The notes: generated by a model not told the origin, from the sequence alone. Numbered from the stretch's first letter, positions 1-9,516 are shown. The stretch is 64,000 nucleotides of DNA from an uncultured Candidatus Saccharibacteria bacterium (GCA_964464695.1 CAYXKW010000005.1:8677-72676), one strand, 5' to 3'. Translations and numbers: made by a program.

Positions 1-1008
1 CCCTTGTGATAACCTTGGCACTTTGGTTTCTACTAAGTCACTCGCAGAAATAATTGTTGTTTTTTCAATATTAATATACTCCGTTGCAACAAGCGCTGTC
101 ATTAATTTAGTAATTGCACCAATTGAAATCACTTTTGATTTATCTTGCTCTAGGAAAACATAGTTATTGTGCATATCTGCGAACAGAAAAGAATTTGTTT
201 CAAGTACCGGCTTTTTTTCTGTATACGAAAATGTGTCCAAAATAAAATCTTTTTCATACACAAGAATTGGCGTACCAATCGTCACTTCATCAAATATCTT
301 TTTTGCATCTTCGTCAGTCAGACGAACACAACCACCAGAAAAAGTAGATGAAACAGGTGACCCATCATCATACTTTGGCCATCCGTGGATAAAAAAGTTC
401 CCTTGGAACTGCATACTCCACGGCTGTGACACATGCCCCATACTTGAATAGTGTGATTTTTCTTTTGTTTGTATTTTATATAATCCTGCAGGAGTTTCCC
501 ACCACGAACCTTCCTTTCCTTTTGTCTTTACTGGCACTTCAACCGTTACAACACCTTCTTTGTATACTCGCGCAATCATTTGTGATAAATCTACCTCAAC
601 AAATGTTGCTTTTTCATTAATGAACTGTGTTCGTACTTTATTAAAAAAATCAGGATTAGAAAGTGCTGGTTGAACTCCATAACTAAACACAACTTTATCT
701 GGGGAAGTTGCCGCCTCTGTCATAAGAACATAATTATTTACATTTGTTCCAAAATATACAAATAAAACAGCAGAAAAGCCGATAGCCACAAGTAGTGTAC
801 TGATGAATGTGAGTGCGCTTACTTCCCCGTAGAATAGCTTACGAAACGAAAAATGCTTCTGCTCTTCCGGATGTTCCACAAAATAAAAAGCCTGATCAAT
901 ATCTTCCTTACTCCACCCATCTGCTAGAAGTTCTTTTCTAATCGTCGCTTCCTCCATCCATTCAGACTTCCTGAGTGTGACATGTTTTACTAACTGCTTG
1001 TGATACAT
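1..1008 (-). CDS. L,D-transpeptidase (YkuD) domain protein fused to a D,D-carboxypeptidase/PBP-like C-terminal region; the 3' end runs off the window
   Basis: My translation of the minus strand from ATG at 1008 gives MYHKQLVKHV..., with a YkuD catalytic core (HGWPKYDDGSPVSSTFSGGCVRL, Cys nucleophile). Downstream is a serine-peptidase SxxK-like motif (SIGAITKLMTAL). The frame is open to position 1. It is absent from the ORF track because no stop lies in the window. Confidence 0.6.
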   Translation of the reverse strand, partial: MYHKQLVKHVTLRKSEWMEEATIRKELLADGWSKEDIDQAFYFVEHPEEQKHFSFRKLFYGEVSALTFISTLLVAIGFSAVLFVYFGTNVNNYVLMTEAATSPDKVVFSYGVQPALSNPDFFNKVRTQFINEKATFVEVDLSQMIARVYKEGVVTVEVPVKTKGKEGSWWETPAGLYKIQTKEKSHYSSMGHVSQPWSMQFQGNFFIHGWPKYDDGSPVSSTFSGGCVRLTDEDAKKIFDEVTIGTPILVYEKDFILDTFSYTEKKPVLETNSFLFADMHNNYVFLEQDKSKVISIGAITKLMTALVATEYINIEKTTIISASDLVETKVPRLSQG

Positions 1009-1015
1009 AGTGACA

Positions 1016-1198
1016 TTACCATGAATACCCTTTTCTATTGATGATTATTATCGTTAATCCGAGCGCAATAAATATCCCTCCCCCAACTACACCACCCATG
1101 CCGATTGGACCCTGTAATGATGCAAGGATCCCAAGACCGTTAGCAAAACATCCCATAATAATAAATACAAACCCGATAAATTTAAGAAAGGATTTCAT
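1016..1198 (-). CDS. small hypothetical membrane protein, using the internal start MKSFLKFIGF
   Basis: 60-aa ORF with a hydrophobic, Gly-rich segment (GILASLQGPIGMGGVVGGGIFIALGLTIIII). No homology recognised. Confidence 0.25.
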   Translation of the reverse strand: MKSFLKFIGFVFIIMGCFANGLGILASLQGPIGMGGVVGGGIFIALGLTIIIINRKGYSW

Positions 1199-1294
1199 GA
1201 GGTAAGTATAGCAGGAGAATGAAGGAGATTTGGTTAGATGCTCACAATTGAGCAATACGTAAAAGCATCATCTTACGATGGTGCTATTAATTTC

Positions 1295-1388
1295 TGTGAA
1301 CGTTCAGCAGATAGAACTTAGTGGATTCATTGCCACGCAAAGTTTATTTGTTAGTTTTTAGTGTATCATTTTGACCCTTATCGTGAGA
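1295..1388. repeat. ~94-bp direct repeat, copy 1; its partner is at 2431-2524
   Basis: tgtgaacgttcagcagatagaacttagtggattc...ttagtttttagtgtatcattttgacccttatcgtgaga aligns with copy 2 at ~88% identity. This was seen directly in the sequence. Confidence 0.85.
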
Positions 1389-1449
1389 TCTTTAATAATT
1401 CATTTTTTAAAATATTCCCCATTTTGTCAATTACTCTAGTGACGATATG

Positions 1450-2223
1450 TTAATATGTAGTGATTAGTATTCTAGAAAACACTGTTTCTTTTAAAGTATC
1501 TCTTAAATCTTCTTCCTGTTCTTTTGGGGATATAAAATAAAGGATTTGTTCAGGTTGTATTTGCAAAAAACCAGAAGGGTTAATATCTTTGAACAAAAGA
1601 GAGGTCTTAATATTCTCCTCTTTCTCATAATTCTCTGAAAAAGGGGCTCTGTATTTTGATCTTATTCTATATTCTCTTTCATATTTGTGGTCAGATGTCT
1701 CAACCCATTTCAACAATTCAATTAAATGTGAATAAAGAGGGTTGGTGAAGGAATCTGGTAACTGAGGGCAACTTAAAAGTAGATCTTCATACATTTTTAT
1801 AGTATAAGCACCTTCAACATCTATCCACTTACCGCCTAAAAACATTTGAGGCTTTGGTTTAGGAATACTTTCAACTAAAAGACCTCTAAGTAGCTCGAAG
1901 ACTTTTCCATTTTTTTCGATATACACAACAGGCTTCATTCCATTATCCAAACACCAGCTATAATTTATCGCAATACCAAATGGACCAAACTGTCCAAGAG
2001 GAATATACTTTTTGAAATCTTGGTTGACGGGAATAGCGGTAAAACAGACCATCCCAAGATTAATATCAGGAACGTCTTTATTAATATCCCCAAAAAGTAA
2101 CTCCCAGGTTTTTGTCTGGTTGTACATAAACACAAAACCATTTTCCAGTATCGAGAGTAAGCTTCCGACGCTCCTAGTACAGTGAACGATGACAGATTCT
2201 TGATTTAAAATCTCGCCAGACAT
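1450..2223 (-). CDS. AbiGi-like abortive-infection protein (putative)
   Basis: 257-aa ORF. The N-terminal signature VIVHCTRSVGSLLSILENGF resembles the conserved hFT(K/R)S..L..IL..GF opening of the AbiGi family, recalled from memory. The gene stands alone and is flanked by the direct repeats. Confidence 0.35.
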   Translation of the reverse strand: MSGEILNQESVIVHCTRSVGSLLSILENGFVFMYNQTKTWELLFGDINKDVPDINLGMVCFTAIPVNQDFKKYIPLGQFGPFGIAINYSWCLDNGMKPVVYIEKNGKVFELLRGLLVESIPKPKPQMFLGGKWIDVEGAYTIKMYEDLLLSCPQLPDSFTNPLYSHLIELLKWVETSDHKYEREYRIRSKYRAPFSENYEKEENIKTSLLFKDINPSGFLQIQPEQILYFISPKEQEEDLRDTLKETVFSRILITTY

Positions 2224-2275
2224 TATAATGGTTAGTTTAAATAGAAATTAAAATAAAAGCAATTAAATTTGCCAC

Positions 2276-2350
2276 CCACAGAGAGTCGGTCACGAAACTT
2301 CTCCTCGTAAACTCGTCGATAAAGTTTCGCGACCCCGTATTCGACTCTCC
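2276..2350 (-). repeat. structured dispersed repeat element, GAGTCGAATACGGG...GTGACCGACTC family, in inverted orientation
   Basis: The reverse complement GGAGAGTCGAATACGGGGTCGCGAAAC...GTGACCGACTCTC matches 18921-18985 (GAGGAGTCGAATACGGGTCGGAAATC...GTGACCGACTCC). The ends GGAGTCG/CGACTCC are inverted repeats. Confidence 0.7.
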
Positions 2351-2390
2351 CACAAACCACGCAGGTGGTTTGCTCTCTATTGATCACAGT

Positions 2391-2429
2391 CAACAAAAAT
2401 ACACAGGAAGAACCTGTGTATTTTTGTTG
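2391..2429. repeat. perfect 17-bp-stem hairpin (caacaaaaatacacagg / cctgtgtatttttgttg) with a 5-nt loop
   Basis: Seen directly. It lies between the repeat element and direct-repeat copy 2. Confidence 0.8.
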
Positions 2430-2430
2430 A

Positions 2431-2524
2431 TGTGAGCGTTCAGCAGATAGAACTTACTGGGTTCGTTACCCCACAAAGCTTATTTGTTAGTTTTTAGTAT
2501 ACCATTTTAACCCTTCTCGTGAGC
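2431..2524. repeat. ~94-bp direct repeat, copy 2
   Basis: tgtgagcgttcagcagatagaacttactgggttcgttacc...ttagtttttagtataccattttaacccttctcgtgagc. Confidence 0.85.
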
Positions 2525-2921
2525 CTATTAAAAAGTGACAAAAGTGACACTTTTTACACAATTTAATTACAGCCAGATGTCACTATTTTTTACATATAGT
2601 TATATATTCTTCTATACATCAACAAGTGTAGATATATTAATTTGGTAGATACTTGAAATAGGATCAAAAACCAGTTCTCGATTAGAAAAAACAGCGGAAA
2701 AATGAGAAGAATTTTCTAATCATTTCTATTTAAACCTTATATATCAACGAATTTGTTTTATTTTGACTCAATATTTTGACACCAAAAACTTGTGATATAA
2801 TAAGAGGTAACAGCAGAGGTGCACGAAGCAGTGCAATGAGTAACTTTTTAGATAAAGGCTCACGTAATCTTGAAAAAGATACGTGGGCCTTTGTTTGTTT
2901 TAAATCCCTAACAAACAACAT

Positions 2922-4202
2922 ATGACTAAAAATATACAAGTCGTTTATCTATCAGTTGCCAGCCTTAACCCATCAGAGTACAATCCTCGCAAACATACAA
3001 CGGAACAAGCAAATCAGCTTAAAGAGAGTATTAAGCGATTCGGATTCATAGATCCAATAATCTGTAACAGTGCCAAAGGTCGAGAGAATACCGTTATCGG
3101 AGGGCACTTCCGCCTTGAGATGGCGAAGGAACTCAACATCACAGAAGTTCCTGTTGTGTTCGTAAACATTTCAGATCTTGAAAAGGAACAGGAGTTGAAT
3201 GTTCGCTTGAACAAAAACACTGGAGAATTTGATTTTGAAAAACTCCAACAATTAAACTTCGATATGCTGCTCGATATCGGTTTCGATCAAAAGGAGCTCG
3301 ACGACATATGGAATAACAAACTTAACAACAATGAGTTCAATGTCGAAGAAGAACTCAAGAAGATTAAGGAACCAAAGACACGAAAAGGCGACATTATTGT
3401 AATGGACGGATGCAGATTGATCTGTGGCGATTCACTTCTCCCTGAAACACTTCAAAAGCTTTTTGGTGACGAACGTGCTTCCTTAATAATCTCGGATCCA
3501 ATCTACAACATTTCTGTGAATTATGACAGTGGAATTGGGGGCAAACAAAGTTATGGAGGTACAGTCGATGATAACAAGACAGACAAGGAGTATGAAAACT
3601 TCTTGAGAAAGAGCATGGTCGCAGCACTCGCAGTAACAAAAGCTGATGCTAATATATTTTACTGGAGCGATCAGGCATATATCTGGCTTATTCAAACTCT
3701 CTACCGTGAACTTGGTATAACTAATCGTCGTGTGTGCATATGGTTGAAGAACTCACAAAATTGCGTACCTAAGGTAGCTTTCAACAAATGCTATGAACCG
3801 TGCACGTACGGTACTCGTGGTAAGCCGTATATTACAAAAGGTGTAAATGATCTCAATGAGATTATGAATGATGACATGACAACTGGTAATGATTTGTTAC
3901 AACAAGCACAAGATCATCTAACGGTATGGATGGAAAAGAGACTCTCTGGAAATGAGTACGAGCACAGCACTATGAAGCCAGATGAGGTCTATCAAAAAGC
4001 CATTCGTCGTTGTACAAAAATGAACGATATCATTCTTGATAGCTTCTCTGGTTCAGGAAGTACGATTATTGCAGGTATTAAGCTCAAACGCAGAGTGTAC
4101 GCTGTTGAAATTGAAGAAGTATTTTGTGACTTAACGATACGACGCTATGAAGCGTTAACAGGCAAAAAAGCAAAGGTTATCCGAAATGGCGAAAAAGGAT
4201 AA
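2922..4202 (+). CDS. ParB-like nuclease domain fused to a DNA methyltransferase, of the phage-type ParB/methylase kind
   Basis: N-terminal ParB/Srx-like region (IGGHFRLEMAKELNITEVPVVFV). C-terminal methyltransferase motif IV (SDPIYNI, a DPPY variant) lies upstream of motif I (ILDSFSGSGST), the beta-class order for N6A/N4C methyltransferases. Confidence 0.7.
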   Translation: MTKNIQVVYLSVASLNPSEYNPRKHTTEQANQLKESIKRFGFIDPIICNSAKGRENTVIGGHFRLEMAKELNITEVPVVFVNISDLEKEQELNVRLNKNTGEFDFEKLQQLNFDMLLDIGFDQKELDDIWNNKLNNNEFNVEEELKKIKEPKTRKGDIIVMDGCRLICGDSLLPETLQKLFGDERASLIISDPIYNISVNYDSGIGGKQSYGGTVDDNKTDKEYENFLRKSMVAALAVTKADANIFYWSDQAYIWLIQTLYRELGITNRRVCIWLKNSQNCVPKVAFNKCYEPCTYGTRGKPYITKGVNDLNEIMNDDMTTGNDLLQQAQDHLTVWMEKRLSGNEYEHSTMKPDEVYQKAIRRCTKMNDIILDSFSGSGSTIIAGIKLKRRVYAVEIEEVFCDLTIRRYEALTGKKAKVIRNGEKG

Positions 4203-4599
4203 AAAGGTTAAAGACTTTCTTGAACACCTTAACACCGTTCCCAATATTTCTCTCGCCTGTGAAAAAGTTGGCTTAGCGAGGAATACAATCTATCGTTGGT
4301 GTAAGGAAGATAAAGAGTTTCAGGAAAGTGTTGATAATGCACTTTTATGTGGCGTAGATTCTATTACAGATCTTGCAGAGAGTAAGCTCATAACTCATAT
4401 CAATAATGGAAACTTACGTTCTATTCAGTATTGGTTAGATAATCACAAAAAAGAGTATATACGACCACGAGTTATCGTAGATTCAAAAGATTCACTTGAA
4501 CCAATTTCGTACATTGAGATTCTTCCAGTAGATCCTAATAATCTTCCACCACCTCTACCGTTAAATGAATTTGATCTTCCTTTAGATTATATTGGTTAA
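4186..4599 (+). CDS. phage terminase small subunit-like HTH protein
   Basis: NTIYRWCKEDKEFQESVDNAL...LRSIQYWLDNHKKEYIRPR matches the conserved TerS N-terminal pattern (TVxRWL..EFR...AR..ADAL ... RLxVDTRKWxLSK). It overlaps the upstream gene by 17 nt. Confidence 0.55.
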   Translation: MAKKDKKVKDFLEHLNTVPNISLACEKVGLARNTIYRWCKEDKEFQESVDNALLCGVDSITDLAESKLITHINNGNLRSIQYWLDNHKKEYIRPRVIVDSKDSLEPISYIEILPVDPNNLPPPLPLNEFDLPLDYIG

Positions 4600-4733
4600 T
4601 AGTAACGGTAACAAAAACTATGACATAATGTCGTAGTTTTTGATATTTTGTAATATTTTTTTACTCTCACAATGTCGTCTTTTTTAGTTCTGCATAGACT
4701 ATGCAGGGATTATGGTTCTGTCATTAATATAAT

Positions 4734-6056
4734 ATGGAGACAAGAACAATTGGAAAGATACATAGCTCTGTAACCTTATCAGAAGTAAGAGTTAAGTACT
4801 GTCTATATGCTAGAAAATCAACTGAGTCAGATGAAATGCAAGCTTTGTCGATAGATTCACAGATTAAAGAAATGGAAGCTATAGCAGAGCGTTTAGGACT
4901 TTATGTTGTAGAAGTTAAAAGAGAATCTCATTCAGCAAAAGCTTCGGGTCAACGACCAGTGTATAAAAAGCTATTATCAGAAATTGATCAAGGAAAGTTT
5001 AACGGTGTATTAACGTGGGCGCCAGATCGGTTAAGTAGAAATGCAGGCGACCTGGGATCACTTGTTGATTTAATGGATCAGCGAAAATTAATCCATATAC
5101 AAACATATGGTCAAACTTTTTCTAACTCTCCTAATGAAAAGTTCTTGCTCATGATTCTTTGTTCTCAAGCAAAACTAGAAAATGATAATAAAAGTATTAA
5201 TGTTAAAAGAGGATTGAGAGCAAGAGTTGAAATGGGGTTATGGCCATGTCGTCCACCAACAGGATATACGAAGTTTAAAAGAATGGATCAAAAGTGCGAG
5301 TCTGTTATAGATGAAGTAAGGGCACCAATAATTAAACAAATGTTTGAAAAGGTTGGGTACGATGGTTGGTCTGGTAGAAAGGTGTGGGGTTGGCTTAAAG
5401 ATGATAAAGATTTTAAGACAGAGAATAATATACATCTAAGCTTAGGTAACTTTTATCGACTACTGCAAAATCACTTCTATTATGGAAGATTTGAATTCCC
5501 TAAAAACTCAGGAAATTGGTATAACGGATCACACATTCCAATTATCACAAAAGAACTCTTTGATTTAGTTCAAGAGAAAATTAAGAGTCAAATATTAGAA
5601 CCTAAAACCGAACAAAAGGAATTCGCTTTTACAAAGATCATGACATGCGGTCTGTGTGGTTCTGGTATTACAGCAGACGAGAAATTTAAACACCAACAAA
5701 ATGGTAATGTTCATAGATATGTGTACTACAAATGCACAAGAACGAGAGATCAGAATTGTCCCTGTGGTTTCCTTAATGAAGAGGATTTAATAGAACAACT
5801 AAAAGACCTCATTGATGATCTTAATATTCAGATAGTCCCCATGAAAGAGAAAATCACTAATGAGGTCAGAAGATTCAAGAAGTTTCAACATATGCTACTA
5901 GGAAACAAAACACCAATATCCGTTAAAGATATTGATATTCGTAACTATGCGAAGTTTATTTTGGTTGAGGGAGAAATGGAGGAAAAGAGAGAATTTTTTA
6001 AATGTCTCAATTCTAAGATACTACTATCGAATAAGAAAATTTTATTAGTAAATTAA
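4734..6056 (+). CDS. large serine recombinase, a phage-type integrase/resolvase
   Basis: N-terminal resolvase domain with catalytic Ser (YARKSTESDE ... LTWAPDRLSRN), a recombinase domain and a Cys-rich zinc ribbon (CGLCGS...YYKCTRTRDQNCPCG). 440 aa. Confidence 0.8.
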   Translation: METRTIGKIHSSVTLSEVRVKYCLYARKSTESDEMQALSIDSQIKEMEAIAERLGLYVVEVKRESHSAKASGQRPVYKKLLSEIDQGKFNGVLTWAPDRLSRNAGDLGSLVDLMDQRKLIHIQTYGQTFSNSPNEKFLLMILCSQAKLENDNKSINVKRGLRARVEMGLWPCRPPTGYTKFKRMDQKCESVIDEVRAPIIKQMFEKVGYDGWSGRKVWGWLKDDKDFKTENNIHLSLGNFYRLLQNHFYYGRFEFPKNSGNWYNGSHIPIITKELFDLVQEKIKSQILEPKTEQKEFAFTKIMTCGLCGSGITADEKFKHQQNGNVHRYVYYKCTRTRDQNCPCGFLNEEDLIEQLKDLIDDLNIQIVPMKEKITNEVRRFKKFQHMLLGNKTPISVKDIDIRNYAKFILVEGEMEEKREFFKCLNSKILLSNKKILLVN

Positions 6057-6094
6057 ACATATTTTCATGGTAAAATACATCATAATTAACCTTA

Positions 6095-6646
6095 ATGGAA
6101 GCTCTAATCTTAACTTATAAATATTGGATTATATTGCCTTTAGCTATTGTAGAAGGTCCAATTATAACCATAATAGCTTCATTTCTCGCTAGTATTGGTT
6201 TATTAAATGTATTTTTCGTTTACCCATTAGTTCTTTTAGGGGATATCATCGGTGACATTATTCATTATTTTGTTGGTAGAGTTGGTGGTAATAGAATAAT
6301 AAAAAAGTACGGTCATTATTTTAAAGTAACAGAAGATAATATTCATGAAGTTAAAGCGAAGTATTTTAATAATAAAAATTCACTTTGGAAAATTATTACT
6401 CTAAGTAAAATTACACATGCCCCATCATCTCTAATTATGTTGGTTTCTGGTATTGTGAAAATTGATTTTAAGCAGTTTTTACTAATTACGACTGTTAATA
6501 ATATTTTTAAAGTACTTGCATTCGTGCTCATCGGTTTCTTCTTCGGTAAGTCATACTTAGTGATTGAAAATTATATTAGTAATTCTTGGGTAATTTTTCT
6601 ACCAATATTTGGAATCATTGTTTACTTTTTATATTCAAAAAAATAA
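6095..6646 (+). CDS. DedA/SNARE-associated (VTT domain) membrane protein
   Basis: Multi-TM protein with the DedA-like motif LAIVEGPIITIIASFLASIG and a GDIIGDIIHYFVGR region. Confidence 0.6.
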   Translation: MEALILTYKYWIILPLAIVEGPIITIIASFLASIGLLNVFFVYPLVLLGDIIGDIIHYFVGRVGGNRIIKKYGHYFKVTEDNIHEVKAKYFNNKNSLWKIITLSKITHAPSSLIMLVSGIVKIDFKQFLLITTVNNIFKVLAFVLIGFFFGKSYLVIENYISNSWVIFLPIFGIIVYFLYSKK

Positions 6647-6649
6647 TGT

Positions 6650-7339
6650 ATGAAAAAGATATCTTGTATAATTCCAACTTATAATGAAGAAGAACAAATA
6701 GAAACAATACTCAGAACTTTAAACCCGTTACTGGGTAATACTTTAGACGAGGTAATAGTAATTGATGACTTTTCTTCTGACAGAACGAAGAAAATAGTTA
6801 AAGGACACAAAAATATCCTTTTGATTGAACATACAAAAAATGAAGGGAAGAGTAAAACCATTGCAGACGGAATTAGGGGAGCAAAGAATGATATCATTCT
6901 AATGATTGATGGTGACCTAATTGGATTAAACGAAACTAATATTTTAAATCTAGTTAATCCTATACTTACTAACTTAGCTGATATATCTATAAGTTATAGA
7001 GGTAATACACCTAAGTGGTGGATTCATTTTTTTAAGATCGAAACTTTTAGTGGAGAGAGATGTTTCTATAAAGAATTACTTTTGGACAATTTAAAGGAAA
7101 TAGAATATTTACCAGGATATGGATTAGAGGTTTACATCAATGAAAAGTTAGTTAGGAATAAACTTAGGATAAAGTCTGTCCCGATGAATAATGTAACAAT
7201 AAAATTTAAATGGCACAAACATGGCGTGATTATTGGTGTTTGGAAAGAACTATTAATGTGGAAAAATATTTTTGCCACAGTAAACCCTATAAAATTAATT
7301 ATACAAGTCGCAAAAATGAAGAAACTTTTGATTGATTAA
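6650..7339 (+). CDS. family 2 glycosyltransferase, polyprenyl-phosphate sugar transferase-like
   Basis: ISCIIPTYNEEEQI ... VIVIDDFSSDRT ... DGDL. GT-A fold with a DxD motif. Confidence 0.7.
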   Translation: MKKISCIIPTYNEEEQIETILRTLNPLLGNTLDEVIVIDDFSSDRTKKIVKGHKNILLIEHTKNEGKSKTIADGIRGAKNDIILMIDGDLIGLNETNILNLVNPILTNLADISISYRGNTPKWWIHFFKIETFSGERCFYKELLLDNLKEIEYLPGYGLEVYINEKLVRNKLRIKSVPMNNVTIKFKWHKHGVIIGVWKELLMWKNIFATVNPIKLIIQVAKMKKLLID

Positions 7340-8430
7340 AGTTTATACTTTCGTAGTATTGGTTTGTAGATATATAAAGAGATTTTTGACAATACAGACC
7401 ATAGCAATCTTCTTGCTAGATTTAAGTGTTGTGTATTAATAAACATATATTCAATTTCTGGCACAGCTCCTCTATTTAACTTAAAACTCGGTGCCCCAGA
7501 ACTTATATTGAGAAATAAACCATTATCATATGCGTATTTAATAATATAGATTAAACATCTTCTGTATAAAGCATTCTCGCTTGGTCGGTTAATTTCGTAT
7601 CCAACAATTGGAGCTGTAACAGTAACAGTGTCACCTATTAATCCAACTACAGCAACAAATTTACCCTGTTCTATATCTAGTAGTAACCTTAGATGCAGTA
7701 GATTTTCTTTACAAAGTTTTTGCATATAAAGTGCCGTATATTGAATATTTTCTTCAGTGTATTTCTCTAGGTAGAGTTTATTATAAAGAACTTCTGCAAT
7801 TTTAAAATGCTCAATATTATCAACATCAGGGCTGGTGAATATGTACTTTTCTGATTTTAATAGTTCAAGATCCCTGATAGCATCTCTTTTCTTTAAATTA
7901 AAACTTGGAAATATATAGACTTGTCTTGTAACAATTTGTATCCACCCATTTCTGAGTAAATTAGTAAGAATTTCATTATTTTGAGTTCCATTTATAGACC
8001 TAATTGCCAGTGTGTGGTCAGGATGTCTCTTTACTGCTTTTTTAGTTAAAGATTTAATATCTATGTCTTTCCAATACTCACTAAAAAAGTTAGTTGATAA
8101 CATATAGTTATTTAATGTTTGTATCTTATCTACTTTAAAAAATGAAAGGAAAGACGAGAATAAATTTATTACCACTCTCATAAGAAAAATGAGTACAAAA
8201 TTTTTTATCTTGTGAAGTTCTACTTTAGAGTAGTTTATGATCATCCCATTAGGGGAAACAACATAGCAGTTGTTTTCAAATACCTCGTCTGTAACTGTTG
8301 AGAGTATTAGTTTATTATCAAGTTCATAATATTCAATTTTAGTTTTTATATTATTAAAAAGATGTTCAATTTTATTTGAACAAAGTATTGAATGTAATTT
8401 GTATGAAAAGTCTTTTTCTAAGTTATCCAT
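7336..8430 (-). CDS. FemAB/CelD-like GNAT-fold acyl(aminoacyl)transferase (putative)
   Basis: The C-terminal half shows a GNAT-like pattern (VAVVGLIGDTVTVTAPIVGY...ALYRRCLIYIIKYAYDNGLFLNISSG). It overlaps the upstream ATP-grasp gene by 8 nt. Identification is weak. Confidence 0.3.
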   Translation of the reverse strand: MDNLEKDFSYKLHSILCSNKIEHLFNNIKTKIEYYELDNKLILSTVTDEVFENNCYVVSPNGMIINYSKVELHKIKNFVLIFLMRVVINLFSSFLSFFKVDKIQTLNNYMLSTNFFSEYWKDIDIKSLTKKAVKRHPDHTLAIRSINGTQNNEILTNLLRNGWIQIVTRQVYIFPSFNLKKRDAIRDLELLKSEKYIFTSPDVDNIEHFKIAEVLYNKLYLEKYTEENIQYTALYMQKLCKENLLHLRLLLDIEQGKFVAVVGLIGDTVTVTAPIVGYEINRPSENALYRRCLIYIIKYAYDNGLFLNISSGAPSFKLNRGAVPEIEYMFINTQHLNLARRLLWSVLSKISLYIYKPILRKYKL

Positions 8431-9514
8431 TGTATTCTATATCATGAGTGGTTGCCGCGGCAAAAGAAGTTTTATAACGTATTGTTATATACATCATTTC
8501 TAAAAAAGATAAAATCTGTGCCTTAACAGGAAGCTCACCGACAACATCCCTTGCTTTTTTATAGTCATGAATCAACTCAGGCAATCTTCCTTCATGGAGA
8601 TATTTAAACCAAAACATTAGATATATACTTTTACTTATTCTACAACTTTCAAACGGTTTTGTATCGTCTGATGAAAAAGTATTATTCTTAAAGTAAATTG
8701 AATCTGACAATAAATGCAATCCACTAGTTGCTCTTGGATTACACTCAAGTACATAGAGGTCTTTTCCATCATCAATAAAATCAAAAGCAATCTGACCATT
8801 ATATTTTGTATCCTTAGCAAACTGCTCTATAAAATTATTACATTTTTCATTTTTTGTTAATTCAAAATATGTTGACGCGGCATTATTTACTAAATATTTT
8901 GGCTTATAAACAATCTGACTAATAACCTTTCCTTTGTGAATTATGGCGTAATTACATAAATAAGATCCTTTTATAAACTGTTGTTGCACCCAAGGATACT
9001 TTTCTGATATATCTAATCCTAGTATGCTTTTTTTGGTGACATCCCTTATAACATTTGTTCCAAATCTAGAAAAAACAGGTTTGAGGAGTGTATCTTTATC
9101 TTCAGTTCTGATTTGATTAATACTTTCTATTAACCTCATCTCGGGTACTTTAACAAAATTATTCATAAATTGCTTAAATGTAAATTTATTATGAAGTCCA
9201 AGCAATAGACCATTCTCAGGAATAAAAACCTTTTCCTTTAGTGCTGTATCTTGAACGACTGAGCTTAAGTAAAAAACGTCTTCACAGGTAGGTATAACAA
9301 AATCACTGTTCTCTATAATCCTAATGATCTCTCTTTTATAGTTTTTGAAATCTAGTTTTGGTGAAGGTATTTTTATAAATTTTACATTTTTATAATATTT
9401 AGCCATCGGAAAGTACAAAGAGTCAACTACAGTAACGTCGTGACCAGATCTTTGCATAATTTTAACCCATTCTATGGTTACAGGGGCTCTTGGACAAGTA
9501 ATAGTAACTTTCAT
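8423..9514 (-). CDS. ATP-grasp domain enzyme, probably a carboxylate-amine ligase
   Basis: DLYVLECNPRATSGLHLL is typical of the ATP-grasp C-terminal catalytic region. 363 aa. Confidence 0.6.
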   Translation of the reverse strand: MKVTITCPRAPVTIEWVKIMQRSGHDVTVVDSLYFPMAKYYKNVKFIKIPSPKLDFKNYKREIIRIIENSDFVIPTCEDVFYLSSVVQDTALKEKVFIPENGLLLGLHNKFTFKQFMNNFVKVPEMRLIESINQIRTEDKDTLLKPVFSRFGTNVIRDVTKKSILGLDISEKYPWVQQQFIKGSYLCNYAIIHKGKVISQIVYKPKYLVNNAASTYFELTKNEKCNNFIEQFAKDTKYNGQIAFDFIDDGKDLYVLECNPRATSGLHLLSDSIYFKNNTFSSDDTKPFESCRISKSIYLMFWFKYLHEGRLPELIHDYKKARDVVGELPVKAQILSFLEMMYITIRYKTSFAAATTHDIEYNG

Positions 9515-9516
9515 AT

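Noticed and set aside
2391-2429. The 17-bp perfect hairpin as the terminator of the AbiGi-like gene
   Set aside because: It lies upstream of that minus-strand gene's start, not downstream of its stop. It is better explained as part of the recurring hairpin-plus-box repeat module.
3014-3695. Short antisense ORFs inside the ParB-methyltransferase gene (3014..3220, 3394..3639, 3483..3695), and similar nested ORFs in other long genes
   Set aside because: They lie entirely within, and antisense to, well-supported long CDSs and show no conserved motifs.
4186-4599. Alternative reading of this ORF as an IS630/Tc1-type transposase HTH fragment
   Set aside because: No DDE catalytic domain follows. 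The motif pattern (RW..EDKEF....NAL ... LRSIQYWLDNHKKEY) fits terminase small subunits better, and the neighbouring genes are phage-like.
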